DNA of 64,000 bases from a virus (lineage: Duplodnaviria; Caudoviricetes). The DNA lies in IMG/VR virus record IMGVR_UViG_3300033075_000716, positions 3,935-67,934 of that record; one strand, written 5' to 3'. The notes beneath the pieces are model-generated. The model had not been told where the DNA came from. It searched no databases and was given only the letters and a program-made list of their open reading frames with translations. Made by a program: the position numbers and the translations under genes. Shown one piece after another: positions 9,368-18,892 of the stretch (its first letter is position 1; each line of letters opens with the position of its first letter).

Positions 9368-10438
9368 ATGGCCTTGGCCGCATCTCGTTTACTTCACCAA
9401 CTTCGCATGAACTCCGTCACCGTCAAAACGTCCGCTGGCGACGTGGCGATGGTGAATGAAGGTGTTGTTCTCGTCAACAAGGCGACCGGCGCGGCGACGC
9501 AAGTCACGCTGACGCCGAATCCGCACTTGACCACGTTCGTCTTCGTGAAGGACATGAAGGGTGACGCGGGTATCAACCCGATTACCGTCGTCGGCGACTC
9601 TGGCGACACTATCGACGGCGCGACTTCTTACGTCATCCGCACGGACGGCGGCGCGTGCTGGTTCGGCTGGAATGGCACGGAATGGAACGCTCTACCCGTG
9701 GCGACGTATGGCGCTGTTGGGTTATGGAAGGGCTCTCCCAACCCGTTCCAATTAGGTCAACGAAAATTCAACTATCTACACGTTAACCCCGCGACGTTCG
9801 GCATCTCCGCAACCGACCTTCTCGGTTTCTCGTCCATCGACGACGCGGGCACAGGAACGAACGCTTACGCCGACATCGCGGGCGGGACGTACAACGTGCT
9901 GACCGCTGCGGCGGACAACGACTATCACGCCATGGCTACGCTCGCCGAGACGTGGCTTTTCGCCGCTGGTAAGAAACTTTGGTTCGAGGCCGAATTCAAG
10001 TTGGCCGAAGCGACCACCAACGAATCGGCGTGGTGGTTCGGCTTGACGGATACGCTGACGACTGGCGGGCTCCAAGCGAATGCCGCCGGCCCGTTGGCGA
10101 GCTACGATGGGGCGCTTATCTGGAAGGATGAGGCGACCATGCTCATCGACTTCGAGACGAGCAACGCCGGAACGCAAGCGACGACGACGAACATGGCGAC
10201 GTTTGTCACGGACACCTGGACGCGGGTCGGGTTCCATTTCGATGGGACGGCGACAACGAGCGTTGTCACGCCGTATTTCGACGTGAGCGCGTCGGGCATC
10301 ATGACGGCAGGCACTCCGCAAAACATCACGCTTGCCGGCCTGGAAGAAATGCACCTCGTTTTCGGGGTCAAGGCTGGGCCGACCGCCGCTGCCGAGACGT
10401 TGCAGCTTCGCGACTTGAAGTGTCTGCAACTGATTTGA
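9368..10438 (+). CDS. putative virion surface protein (N-terminal TLxP/KD/IDG module plus lectin-like C-terminal domain)
   Basis: RBS AAGGAG; VTLTP...KDMKGDAGINPITV...TIDG...WNGTEW module; beta-rich C-terminus. Confidence 0.55.
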   Translation: MALAASRLLHQLRMNSVTVKTSAGDVAMVNEGVVLVNKATGAATQVTLTPNPHLTTFVFVKDMKGDAGINPITVVGDSGDTIDGATSYVIRTDGGACWFGWNGTEWNALPVATYGAVGLWKGSPNPFQLGQRKFNYLHVNPATFGISATDLLGFSSIDDAGTGTNAYADIAGGTYNVLTAAADNDYHAMATLAETWLFAAGKKLWFEAEFKLAEATTNESAWWFGLTDTLTTGGLQANAAGPLASYDGALIWKDEATMLIDFETSNAGTQATTTNMATFVTDTWTRVGFHFDGTATTSVVTPYFDVSASGIMTAGTPQNITLAGLEEMHLVFGVKAGPTAAAETLQLRDLKCLQLI

Positions 10439-10478
10439 TTCACGTTGATTCCCCTGCCCCTGGGGACTTCGCCGCCGG

Positions 10479-10512
10479 GCGGCTGGGCTTATCCCCCAGC
10501 CGCTTTTTTTTT
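10479..10512 (+). terminator. rho-independent terminator
   Basis: Stem GCGGCTGGG / CCCAGCCGC followed by a T9 run. Confidence 0.85.
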
Positions 10513-10525
10513 CGGAGAAGACGCT

Positions 10526-11020
10526 ATGGCATTGACCACGCTCGACGCGGTGAAAAACAAGCTGTCATCGGCAGGCGTCACGCTGATGCTCGACGACGAC
10601 CCCGCGCCGCCGGACACGGACGACGGCGACATCCTCGACGAAGCCGATGACATGATTTACGAACACTTGGAACCACGATACACGCGAACGAACATCGCGG
10701 CATCAACTTGGGTCATGCGAGCGGCGACGATGATTGCGTGCGTCCTCTTGCGCGAACGCCGCGGAAATCCCTGCCCCGATTCGATCATGCGGCAGTACAT
10801 GCGGTACATGGAACGCCTTGAGCAAGCCCGCCTCGGCCGGTTCAATGTGCCGGACATCTCGATGCGTGAAGCGAGTGTCCCAGTGATGAGCAACCAACGC
10901 CCGGTATTGCGCCCTCATCCGCGAATGGTCACGGAAACGCGGAAGTCGACGGGCACGGTTACGGACTACGCGCAGAAGCGTGACCCTCTGCCGACGTATC
11001 CACTCGATTACTCGATTTGA
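10526..11020 (+). CDS. head-tail adaptor (Mu gp36/DUF1320-like)
   Basis: ATMIACVLLRERRGNP...YMERLEQARLG pattern; position after the capsid genes. Confidence 0.65.
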   Translation: MALTTLDAVKNKLSSAGVTLMLDDDPAPPDTDDGDILDEADDMIYEHLEPRYTRTNIAASTWVMRAATMIACVLLRERRGNPCPDSIMRQYMRYMERLEQARLGRFNVPDISMREASVPVMSNQRPVLRPHPRMVTETRKSTGTVTDYAQKRDPLPTYPLDYSI

Positions 11021-11023
11021 GCC

Positions 11024-11869
11024 ATGGCCGATCTTGTCATCAAAGCGAGCCAAGCGGATGTGCGGAATCTGATGGTCCGGCTGATGGCCGGGCTGTCAGG
11101 GCAGGGCGACCCGTTCGGGATCAACGCTGGAATTCAACTGCGCATGGCGTCGGTTCTGCTATCCAAGATCAAAGACGCATTCAATACAAAATCGCGTGGC
11201 GGCATTGGCGAGGATGGCATTTCATGGCCGGACCTGACACCGGAAACGAAGGCGTACAGCCGACGACATACGCGCGAGCAGTACAAGGCGTTGATGGGCG
11301 GCGACGTGAAGTTTTATCGGGGCAAGAAGAACCGGCATGGCTTTTCTAAGCTCCTGGGCCTGCGTGTGTGGGACCGTGCCGGGCAAAGGGTGCGAGAGGC
11401 CGCGAACGCTTCCCGGCCTACGCTATCGAAGGGGCAAGAAAGCGTCTGGCAACAAACGTACAACCGCACGCTTGCGCGGTTGGCGGTCAAGTTTGGGATG
11501 GCGGGGCCGGAAGCGAAAGGGATAGCCTTTCGCACGGCCTGGAACGCGGCAAAGGCGGCCGGCGCGCAAACTAAGATCGGGACATGGGGACAGGAGAAGG
11601 TAGATATTTTGGTCGATACGCGGAAACTGTTCGATTCGTTCTCGCCCGGTGTCGACGGGAACATTCGCCGCGCGGAGCCTGGCAAAATCATCGTCGGCAC
11701 CAACGAAAAACCATGGCACCATTTCGGAACGTCCAGGGGTTTACCCGAGCGAAATTTCTGGCCGCGTGACGGCAATATCCCGGCGGCATGGTGGGAGTCG
11801 ATCTTGCTTGAGGGTCGGCGAGGCATCGCGGAAGCGGCGGTGCGGATTCTGCGCGACATCGCGGGATAG
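11024..11869 (+). CDS. virion morphogenesis / tail completion protein (Mu gpG, P2 gpS-like)
   Basis: WPDLTPET, ILVDTRKLFDSF, GTNEKPWHHFGT and LPERNF motifs. Confidence 0.75.
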   Translation: MADLVIKASQADVRNLMVRLMAGLSGQGDPFGINAGIQLRMASVLLSKIKDAFNTKSRGGIGEDGISWPDLTPETKAYSRRHTREQYKALMGGDVKFYRGKKNRHGFSKLLGLRVWDRAGQRVREAANASRPTLSKGQESVWQQTYNRTLARLAVKFGMAGPEAKGIAFRTAWNAAKAAGAQTKIGTWGQEKVDILVDTRKLFDSFSPGVDGNIRRAEPGKIIVGTNEKPWHHFGTSRGLPERNFWPRDGNIPAAWWESILLEGRRGIAEAAVRILRDIAG

Positions 11870-11900
11870 CAAAGACGGTTGCACGCTGTCCAATGGGGGC

Positions 11901-12482
11901 ATGAGTCAGAGGGCGTACATGCTGGCCGCGAGGGATCATCTTCGCACGTTGCTTTCTCTTGGGGAAGCCGGGTGCGAGGCGATGTTCGACGGCCAACCGA
12001 TGCCGTCCTCGGGAGAAATGTTCGTTGCGTTACATCCTGGCGGGTGGCGTGGAATTTCGCAAGACGCCGACATTGAGGAGGAGTTTTCTTTCTTAGTGAC
12101 CGTGACCCGTCGCTTAGGATACGTCGCCACCGATCGCGCAATGCGTGAGGTTTGGGCCAAAGCGACGGAAGGGATCGAGGCGGTTTGCCGGACTATCATC
12201 GTCGGCAAGCCGGCTAAGGTGACGAGTGCCGACTACGGCTTGCACATGAACCTTGTCATCATGGCGGCGGCGAACGCAACAATAACGGCTGGATTCGCGG
12301 GGTTCCATGAGCCAGTCAGATTTCTCGACGGCGGGCAACCAATCGAGCGTGGCCCAGACTGGTTTTCGGCGGGAAGTGAGACGGAAGGTAAACGAATGAA
12401 CGCCGGCATCTCGCAGACATTGACTTTCGGCGGCGCGAAGCGGGTTCAAGGTTTGGTCCAACACGGATACGAGCAAAGCTAG
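11901..12482 (+). CDS. putative tail terminator-like protein
   Basis: Neck-region position; ATG is 14 nt after TTGCACGC (11879-11886). Confidence 0.45.
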   Translation: MSQRAYMLAARDHLRTLLSLGEAGCEAMFDGQPMPSSGEMFVALHPGGWRGISQDADIEEEFSFLVTVTRRLGYVATDRAMREVWAKATEGIEAVCRTIIVGKPAKVTSADYGLHMNLVIMAAANATITAGFAGFHEPVRFLDGGQPIERGPDWFSAGSETEGKRMNAGISQTLTFGGAKRVQGLVQHGYEQS

Positions 12483-12493
12483 GAGCGGCGAAC

Positions 12494-12880
12494 ATGGCGA
12501 TCACCGGGACAATCACGATCAACGGATCATCGAGCGGCATTAACGCATCGAGCGTTGTCAGCAAGTCGGCGGGCGCGAATATCCCAATCGACGAAGCGGT
12601 TGCGGCGGCGCAAACCGACTTGCTTTTCAATATCGCGTTCGACAAAGACCGCTTGAAGATGGTGTACCTCTTGTCGACAGAAGACTTGACCATCGAAACG
12701 AACAGCGGGTCGGCCGCGGACGACACGATTTCTCTCGTCGCCAACGAGCCGTTGATATGGTATGACGGCCAATCCGGGGCAACCAATCCTTTCTCGTCCG
12801 CCGATGTAACCGCGTGGTATTTGACGAACACCGACGCGCTGACCCTGACTGGATTCATTCTCCACGACCCCACGGCGTAA
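12494..12880 (+). CDS. hypothetical structural protein (beta-rich)
   Basis: RBS AGGAG; 128 aa, T/S/A/G-rich. Confidence 0.6.
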   Translation: MAITGTITINGSSSGINASSVVSKSAGANIPIDEAVAAAQTDLLFNIAFDKDRLKMVYLLSTEDLTIETNSGSAADDTISLVANEPLIWYDGQSGATNPFSSADVTAWYLTNTDALTLTGFILHDPTA

Positions 12881-12883
12881 ACT

Positions 12884-13297
12884 ATGAAACCTTTTCGCTG
12901 TTTGAATCCTGAATGCGCTCCTCGCATCGGAAAAACCTTCGACTTTTGGGGCGATGAGCCGGTATGCCCCAAATGCAAGGCCGACGAGCGCAAAGACGAT
13001 GATAGGGGCATTATCATTCCGTTGGAAATCATCCATTTCGACCCGCCGCATCCCAAGTACGCAATCATGCAGCGGGGCCAGGGCGTCAACGCCTGCACTG
13101 GCAGGATTCGCGGCATGAGGACAGGCGATCCCAGACAAGTGAATTGCCCCCGATGCCTTGGGACGGACGTTCTCAAGAAAGCGGCGGTGGAATGGGATTG
13201 CATGAGCGACATGCCGCCCGAAGATGCGTTCACGGCGTTCTCGCGAGTCGCGCCAGAGGCAGCAAGACAATACCTCGAAACCATTCAGGGAGATTGA
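12884..13297 (+). CDS. Cys-rich zinc-ribbon protein
   Basis: CLNPEC, CPKC and CPRC motifs. Confidence 0.6.
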   Translation: MKPFRCLNPECAPRIGKTFDFWGDEPVCPKCKADERKDDDRGIIIPLEIIHFDPPHPKYAIMQRGQGVNACTGRIRGMRTGDPRQVNCPRCLGTDVLKKAAVEWDCMSDMPPEDAFTAFSRVAPEAARQYLETIQGD

Positions 13298-13301
13298 TTC
13301 C

Positions 13302-13826
13302 ATGGCTATCGCTCAGGTTCTCGCTGGTCACTATACGTCAACTTACGGAGCCGTCGCGTGCAACTTCACTCGCAACGGATACGAGTTGGAATTCTCCACA
13401 AAAGCCGAAATGGTCAACGAGTCGGACGCCTACGGTGACAGCGTGATTGACTTCATCCATCGCGGCGGCAATGTCTCCGTGATGGGCGAGTACCGCGTCC
13501 AGGCGGCGGCCGTTGGCCTGCCTTCCGCATCCACCGGAAATATGGTTGCCTTCTACCCTTGGGGCGGAAACCCAGGTTTGATGTTTTCGGCTGGCCTCCC
13601 TATCGGCCGTCGCGCATCGGATGTGGCCGCATCGTTCATTATGACATCGACCGCGTTGACGCCGGCGGCGGCGTCTCCCGCGACGCTTACGGCGTCGAAA
13701 GCGATCTTGCCGCCGGACTCCAATCTGAAACTCCTGTTCAACTCAAAAGCGCGTAGCGTTCCGCTGCGAATGATGTTTCTGCCATCGGAAACGGGCGGGT
13801 CGGGTTCCTGGTTCACCATGACGTAG
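13302..13826 (+). CDS. putative tail tube (major tail) protein
   Basis: 174 aa, beta pattern GYELEFSTKAEMVNESDAYGDSVIDFIHRGGNVSV; directly before the tape-measure-like gene. Confidence 0.55.
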   Translation: MAIAQVLAGHYTSTYGAVACNFTRNGYELEFSTKAEMVNESDAYGDSVIDFIHRGGNVSVMGEYRVQAAAVGLPSASTGNMVAFYPWGGNPGLMFSAGLPIGRRASDVAASFIMTSTALTPAAASPATLTASKAILPPDSNLKLLFNSKARSVPLRMMFLPSETGGSGSWFTMT

Positions 13827-13836
13827 GAGCGGGGCA

Positions 13837-16101
13837 TTGGCCGACGAAGCAACGCTGACACTACGCCTTGAAGCGGATTTGCCGCCGGTGCCCCCGGATG
13901 CGCCAATCCGCGCGCCGCGTTACCCTGATCCGATACAGGCGCCGCCGCAGCAAACGCAGCAAGGTTTTACGGCAAACGCTCCGCCTTGGATGGCATTCAA
14001 TGCCGATAAGGGGCTGAATTTATTTCGGTCGCATGGTCTTGAAAATGAAATTGGGAAATTATCGGCATTGCGTAAGACGGCAGAAGAGGTCGCCTCTGAA
14101 ATAAACAAGCTCAATCCGGCGATTAAGGCAAGCGTTGACGATATCCGCCTTGCAAGACTCGCTATCGGCATCCCTTCAATGACAATTGGGGCCGGTGGAA
14201 CGCAATCTGCCAACCCGGATTTTGAGGTGTGGCGTAAAAAATTCCTAGATTCGCAATCTAATCCCGACGACTCTTTGCCCTCGCCGATAATTCCGCAAAC
14301 GAAAGACCAACCAAAGCGAGAAATTCGCGGCGAAGAAGTCGCCAAGAAGTTCATCGACCCCGATGGCATGTTGGATTTGTCTCGGGCCGGCGACTATTTG
14401 CTTGAAATCGCTAAGTCTGCGATTGAAGCGGGCGACCGAGTTGAATTGATTCTTGAGGGCAAGGCGAGAGAGATCGTATCGGTTACGGGACGGCTTTTGC
14501 GCGACGCTGGGGGGCGGGAGTGGAAGCCGGAAGTGGTCTTGCCGCGTGACGAACGGCTTGATTCGCCTCTTGGGAAACGCCAAGGCGAGCGCGAAGAATC
14601 CAGCATCGTCATCACGCCGAAGCCGCAACCTCAAAGCATCCGGGACAACCCGCTTCTCGATGAAATGTTCGGAGGGCCAAGGGTTCCTGACTCGGTTGAT
14701 ACGTCGCGTGAAGACTTCGCTTTGAAGGCCGCGCGAGAGGCAATGCAACGCGAGCGCGAGCGGATGGATATTCATGCCGCGCGGATGACGATTGACCCAA
14801 CTTACAGGGATCGCGTCGACGCGGAAGATGTAGAGCGAAAGCGACGGCAAGACGAGACGGATCGGCGGGACCGGGAACGATTGCAGCGAGAATCGGACCA
14901 AAAGCGAATCGAGGCGGAACGTGCCGACCCGCTATTCCAGGCGAAAGAGGCCATGGAAAGGGAGGATCGAATACGCAAGGCGCACGCCGCGCGGATGACG
15001 ATTGACCCCATTTATAAAGCGGATTACGAGCAAGAGGAAGCGGCGAAACGGACGCGAGAAGAGGAACGCGATAGGCGCGAAAGAGAACGCGCATTCCGGG
15101 CAGAGCGTGAGTTATACGGCAAGCAGCCCGAGATGCCTTTCGACCCGATGCAAGCGGCTATTGACGCGAAGGAAAAACAAGACCGCGCGAAGAACATCGA
15201 GAACGCACGCCGATCTATCGACCCGGAATTTGACCGGCGCAGGCAGGAAGAGGAAGACAAGGAACGGGAGAAAGAGGAATACGAAGCGGGCCGATCAAGA
15301 CGCGAGAAGATGCACTATGGCGGGCAAGCCATGGGGCAACTCGGCATTCCTGGGGCGGGCATCGTCTCGGCGGCGGCAACTGGCAACCTTCCGGCCGTCG
15401 GTATGGCTGTTCTCGCAACGGCAATCAATGCGGTTGAAAAGGCCGTCAATGCCGTCATGCAAACCGGCAAGCAAGGCGCGATGGGCGTGATGAGCTTCGA
15501 TCCGATGCAGATCAACCGCGGATTCGCGGATCTTGCATCAAACGTCCCAATCGTGGGCGGGTTGTTCGGCGGTCTCATCAACACGACGCTCGACCTGTCC
15601 GACGCGATGATGAACACGGCGCGACGATTGTCCGCATACAACGGCGAACTTGCGGCGGGCATGGCACGCATCGACGTGGAACGCCTGATGCGCGACATTG
15701 AGCGGGCGCGAACGCACGGGCCGGAACTGCTCGCGGCGGCGGAAAGGCGGGCGACGTTTGAGGAGAAATGGTCGGAACTGATCGACAAGATGATGCCGAC
15801 CGTGTTGGCGTTCCTTGAGGAAATGATGAGCTTCCTTGAGGAAAACGCGCCGATGATAGCGAATGTGATGATGGCGATATTGCGAATCCTTGCGGCTATC
15901 GCAAATATGATTTTCCTGCCACTCCGTTTGGTTCCTGGCATATCGGCACTTTTCGCAGACGTGGCCGCAATCCGCGATTCTGTTCGCCCAACAACCGAAA
16001 GCCCGTTCTTCTCCGAGATCATTGGCATGTTTGCCCCGTCCACCGTTACCCCTCGCCCTGGCGGCTTGCCCCGTCCCGGCGTTCCTTTCACACCACCGTA
16101 G
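13837..16101 (+). CDS. tape-measure-like protein with large charged N-terminal region
   Basis: TTG start. E/R-rich middle with repeats HAARMTIDPxY. C-terminal A/G/M-rich amphipathic helices typical of tape measure proteins. Confidence 0.55.
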   Translation: MADEATLTLRLEADLPPVPPDAPIRAPRYPDPIQAPPQQTQQGFTANAPPWMAFNADKGLNLFRSHGLENEIGKLSALRKTAEEVASEINKLNPAIKASVDDIRLARLAIGIPSMTIGAGGTQSANPDFEVWRKKFLDSQSNPDDSLPSPIIPQTKDQPKREIRGEEVAKKFIDPDGMLDLSRAGDYLLEIAKSAIEAGDRVELILEGKAREIVSVTGRLLRDAGGREWKPEVVLPRDERLDSPLGKRQGEREESSIVITPKPQPQSIRDNPLLDEMFGGPRVPDSVDTSREDFALKAAREAMQRERERMDIHAARMTIDPTYRDRVDAEDVERKRRQDETDRRDRERLQRESDQKRIEAERADPLFQAKEAMEREDRIRKAHAARMTIDPIYKADYEQEEAAKRTREEERDRRERERAFRAERELYGKQPEMPFDPMQAAIDAKEKQDRAKNIENARRSIDPEFDRRRQEEEDKEREKEEYEAGRSRREKMHYGGQAMGQLGIPGAGIVSAAATGNLPAVGMAVLATAINAVEKAVNAVMQTGKQGAMGVMSFDPMQINRGFADLASNVPIVGGLFGGLINTTLDLSDAMMNTARRLSAYNGELAAGMARIDVERLMRDIERARTHGPELLAAAERRATFEEKWSELIDKMMPTVLAFLEEMMSFLEENAPMIANVMMAILRILAAIANMIFLPLRLVPGISALFADVAAIRDSVRPTTESPFFSEIIGMFAPSTVTPRPGGLPRPGVPFTPP

Positions 16102-16105
16102 CACC

Positions 16106-18106
16106 ATGGCGAACCTCCTCCCAGCATCCGGGCAACTCACATACAACGGCGTCACTTTCGACGCCCTGTACACGTCGAAGATGCGTGGCGAGATTGTGTA
16201 CGACGACGCGGGGCGCATGGTCAAGTGGGTCAAATGGACGCTGGAAGTTGAGGCCACAATCGGAGCGAGTTTAGCAGTCGGCACGACGACCGACGACACG
16301 CTTGATACTCTGCGAGACAAATTGACCCAGCCGCGTGGCAAGTTATTTTACAACGACAAAGGTTTTGGCGAGTTTCGCATCAACGTGGCTCCGGTCTTCG
16401 ATGCGAATTGGGGTCCGAAGCCGACGATGATCGACTTTGTCCCGGTCGGCAATTCGCAAACGGCATTCATCACTTGGAAGGTCGAAGCGTGCATCCCGCA
16501 ATGCCCAGACGCGACGTATACCAAAGCTCTCGTTATGGCGTGCTATGACATTTCGCACGACTTCGATTCCGATGGTTATGTGACGGCGACCATTTCCGGC
16601 GCGATTGAAATTCCGCTGACCACGGCGGTAAATTCCCGCGTCATTTCGCAGACGGTTGACGATTATCGCGAACTGGTTCATTACCGCGTCCCGCTTGGGT
16701 TCAGGCGAAAGAACTTCAAGTGGAAAGTGTCGATGGATCGGCGCCGAGCGGAGTTCTCGTTCACGGATGAAGAAATCCCGTTGCCATTGCCAGCGTACTG
16801 CTCGCTTTGCGACATCAAGCACAAGATTGGGTCCAGCCTGACCGGGGCCGGGTTTCAAGTTTGGACCGCGACCATTTCCGGCACGATTCGCGTCGTGCCA
16901 ACGCAACCGCGGGGGCTGGCGTGGAATCGGTTCCTTCTGATTGTGCGTTCTCGAATTAGGGCATTGCGAAGCGGAAGGAGTTCGCCAGGTGTTCCGGTAG
17001 TGCCAGGAGCACCAGGAGTGCCAGGAGCACCAGGTGCGCCTATCCCCCCGCCAGTTCTAGGCGGGTTCCTCGGTGGCGGGGTCGGCGTGCCTTGGATTGC
17101 CGGCCTGTTGGTTGACCTTGCCACTCCCGTAGGCAGGGAAGTGGGCGGTGGTGTTGCAAGCTCCATAGCTGGCCCAGCGCCTGCCCGTCGCCCCGACTTT
17201 GACATCCTCATTACGACCCTGGAAATGGAAGAGGACATTTTCGGGCGCGACGACCGTTTCACGTTCGGCTACACGATCTTTGCCGGCGTTGACCGAATCC
17301 TTTCAAAGTCGGGCCTATGGACCCCGATTGCCGGAACGGATTTCGTCAAATATCGCAAGGGGCTTGAGATTGGCGGATCAATGGGGCCGCGCGGGCATTC
17401 CGGTATTCGCGTTGATGCCGGCGATGACACAATGATCGACCTTTGTATCAAGGCTAAGAAGCCATGGCCGACGGAGTCGACGTCGGCAACGATCAAAAAA
17501 CCAAATAATTCTGGAACAGTCAAAACGCCGCGAGACATTCGCATCGGCGATCCAGTTGACGAGCTATTGATTAACATCCCCGATCCAGGCGACTCGCAGC
17601 AGCAAAGCCAGGGCGATGGAATCAGAATCGGCGGTTCCGACGATATTCGCCCCTCTCCATTCGTGATGTACCAATGCGACCTGGAATACGATCAAGACAA
17701 CCATATCGTCCGCCATTCCCCTTTGACCGGCGGGGTCACTGAGCGAAAATCCGCGGCAAACGCACTGGACTGGCAAGGCATCACGAAAGCCGGTCTTGTC
17801 GGGCCACAAGTGCGAAGTCAGCAAGCCGACGAAATTCACCAACGAAGGCAAAAGCCCACATCTACCGTGGTGCTGATAGGCCGTGCCGCGAGATTGGATT
17901 CACGAGTCCCGACGCCGGAATTGATTTCAATCGCCGGCGTCGGTGTTGTCGAATCCAAACGATTCGAGCGGGAATTCACCGGCGGCGAAATGGGCGGGCG
18001 TATGATTTTGGGCAAAGAGTGGCGGATTGAATACGTGGTGACAGGCACTCCCGCGAAATTGCCGCTCCCGGCTAACCCGTTCTTCGCAACGAACGGCGTG
18101 GCGTAA
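16106..18106 (+). CDS. putative distal tail/hub protein
   Basis: Follows the tape-measure-like gene; beta-rich, with a short GVPGAPGVPGAPGAP insert. Confidence 0.5.
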   Translation: MANLLPASGQLTYNGVTFDALYTSKMRGEIVYDDAGRMVKWVKWTLEVEATIGASLAVGTTTDDTLDTLRDKLTQPRGKLFYNDKGFGEFRINVAPVFDANWGPKPTMIDFVPVGNSQTAFITWKVEACIPQCPDATYTKALVMACYDISHDFDSDGYVTATISGAIEIPLTTAVNSRVISQTVDDYRELVHYRVPLGFRRKNFKWKVSMDRRRAEFSFTDEEIPLPLPAYCSLCDIKHKIGSSLTGAGFQVWTATISGTIRVVPTQPRGLAWNRFLLIVRSRIRALRSGRSSPGVPVVPGAPGVPGAPGAPIPPPVLGGFLGGGVGVPWIAGLLVDLATPVGREVGGGVASSIAGPAPARRPDFDILITTLEMEEDIFGRDDRFTFGYTIFAGVDRILSKSGLWTPIAGTDFVKYRKGLEIGGSMGPRGHSGIRVDAGDDTMIDLCIKAKKPWPTESTSATIKKPNNSGTVKTPRDIRIGDPVDELLINIPDPGDSQQQSQGDGIRIGGSDDIRPSPFVMYQCDLEYDQDNHIVRHSPLTGGVTERKSAANALDWQGITKAGLVGPQVRSQQADEIHQRRQKPTSTVVLIGRAARLDSRVPTPELISIAGVGVVESKRFEREFTGGEMGGRMILGKEWRIEYVVTGTPAKLPLPANPFFATNGVA

Positions 18107-18168
18107 ATCGCATTGCACGCATTCAAATGGGGTTCGGCGAAATCCAAACCCCATGAGGTGCGAGCGAA

Positions 18169-18663
18169 ATGGCGACGTTGCAAGAGATGATGCCGGAAAT
18201 CGAAAAGCTGATGGCCGCATACAAGGGTGGGCAACAGCAAGCGGAAGCCCCAGGCGTCGCGCCGAAGGGACCGTGTGCTCCGTGCGCCGACAAAGCGACG
18301 GACAGGCCGGAAACCTACCGCCTCGGCGAAGAGGTGACGAATATCGAAATCGTTGGGCCGGACGGCGAAACCGTGACCCCGATCAAGTTCCGCCACTATC
18401 AGGCAGAACGTGAGTTTCAGAAATTTCTCGCGGAAGTGCAAAAGCACAACCAAGAAGCGGACGAAACCGGCGGGCCTCGCAAAGGATGGCACGACGTCCT
18501 CGACTCGATAATTTTCTGGGTTGATGCGGTTCATGGCGTCCGAATCACGCCTGAACAAGCCGATTGGATTTACGACACCACATCGGAGATCATCGCAAAA
18601 AAAAAGCTCATGCGGCACGAGCGTATTCACGCCATGCAGAATTCTTTGCGCAGACCGGGCTAA
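18169..18663 (+). CDS. tail assembly chaperone (gpG-like, short product)
   Basis: 164-aa ORF containing the slippery run A9G at 18597-18606 near its 3' end. Confidence 0.6.
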   Translation: MATLQEMMPEIEKLMAAYKGGQQQAEAPGVAPKGPCAPCADKATDRPETYRLGEEVTNIEIVGPDGETVTPIKFRHYQAEREFQKFLAEVQKHNQEADETGGPRKGWHDVLDSIIFWVDAVHGVRITPEQADWIYDTTSEIIAKKKLMRHERIHAMQNSLRRPG

Positions 18664-18887
18664 ATCCGTTCACATGTACCGAGGCCGAACGCGAAGGATT
18701 GATGTTCCATTTGCCAAAAATCAAGGCCAGCAAACTCTGGGAAAAGGCACGCATGGGCGAGATCCAGTTGACGCATGACGGATGGTATTTGACGGTTTTG
18801 GAGGCGACCGGGGATGCCGAACTGGCGAATCAGATAGCGAATCAACACAGCCGCGAACGCCTACGAAATAACATGCCGCTGGAGTAG
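18169..18887 (+). CDS. tail assembly chaperone, -1 frameshift product (gpGT-like, about 239 aa)
   Basis: A-AAA-AAG heptamer at 18600-18606. The -1 frame is open to 18887 and reads HAEFFAQTGLNPFTCTEAEREGLMFHLP. Confidence 0.6.
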
Positions 18888-18892
18888 CAACC

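Noticed and set aside
16975-17050. CCAGGAGCA/CCAGGTG 9-nt periodic repeats
   Set aside because: They are coding and explained by the GVPGAPG peptide repeat.
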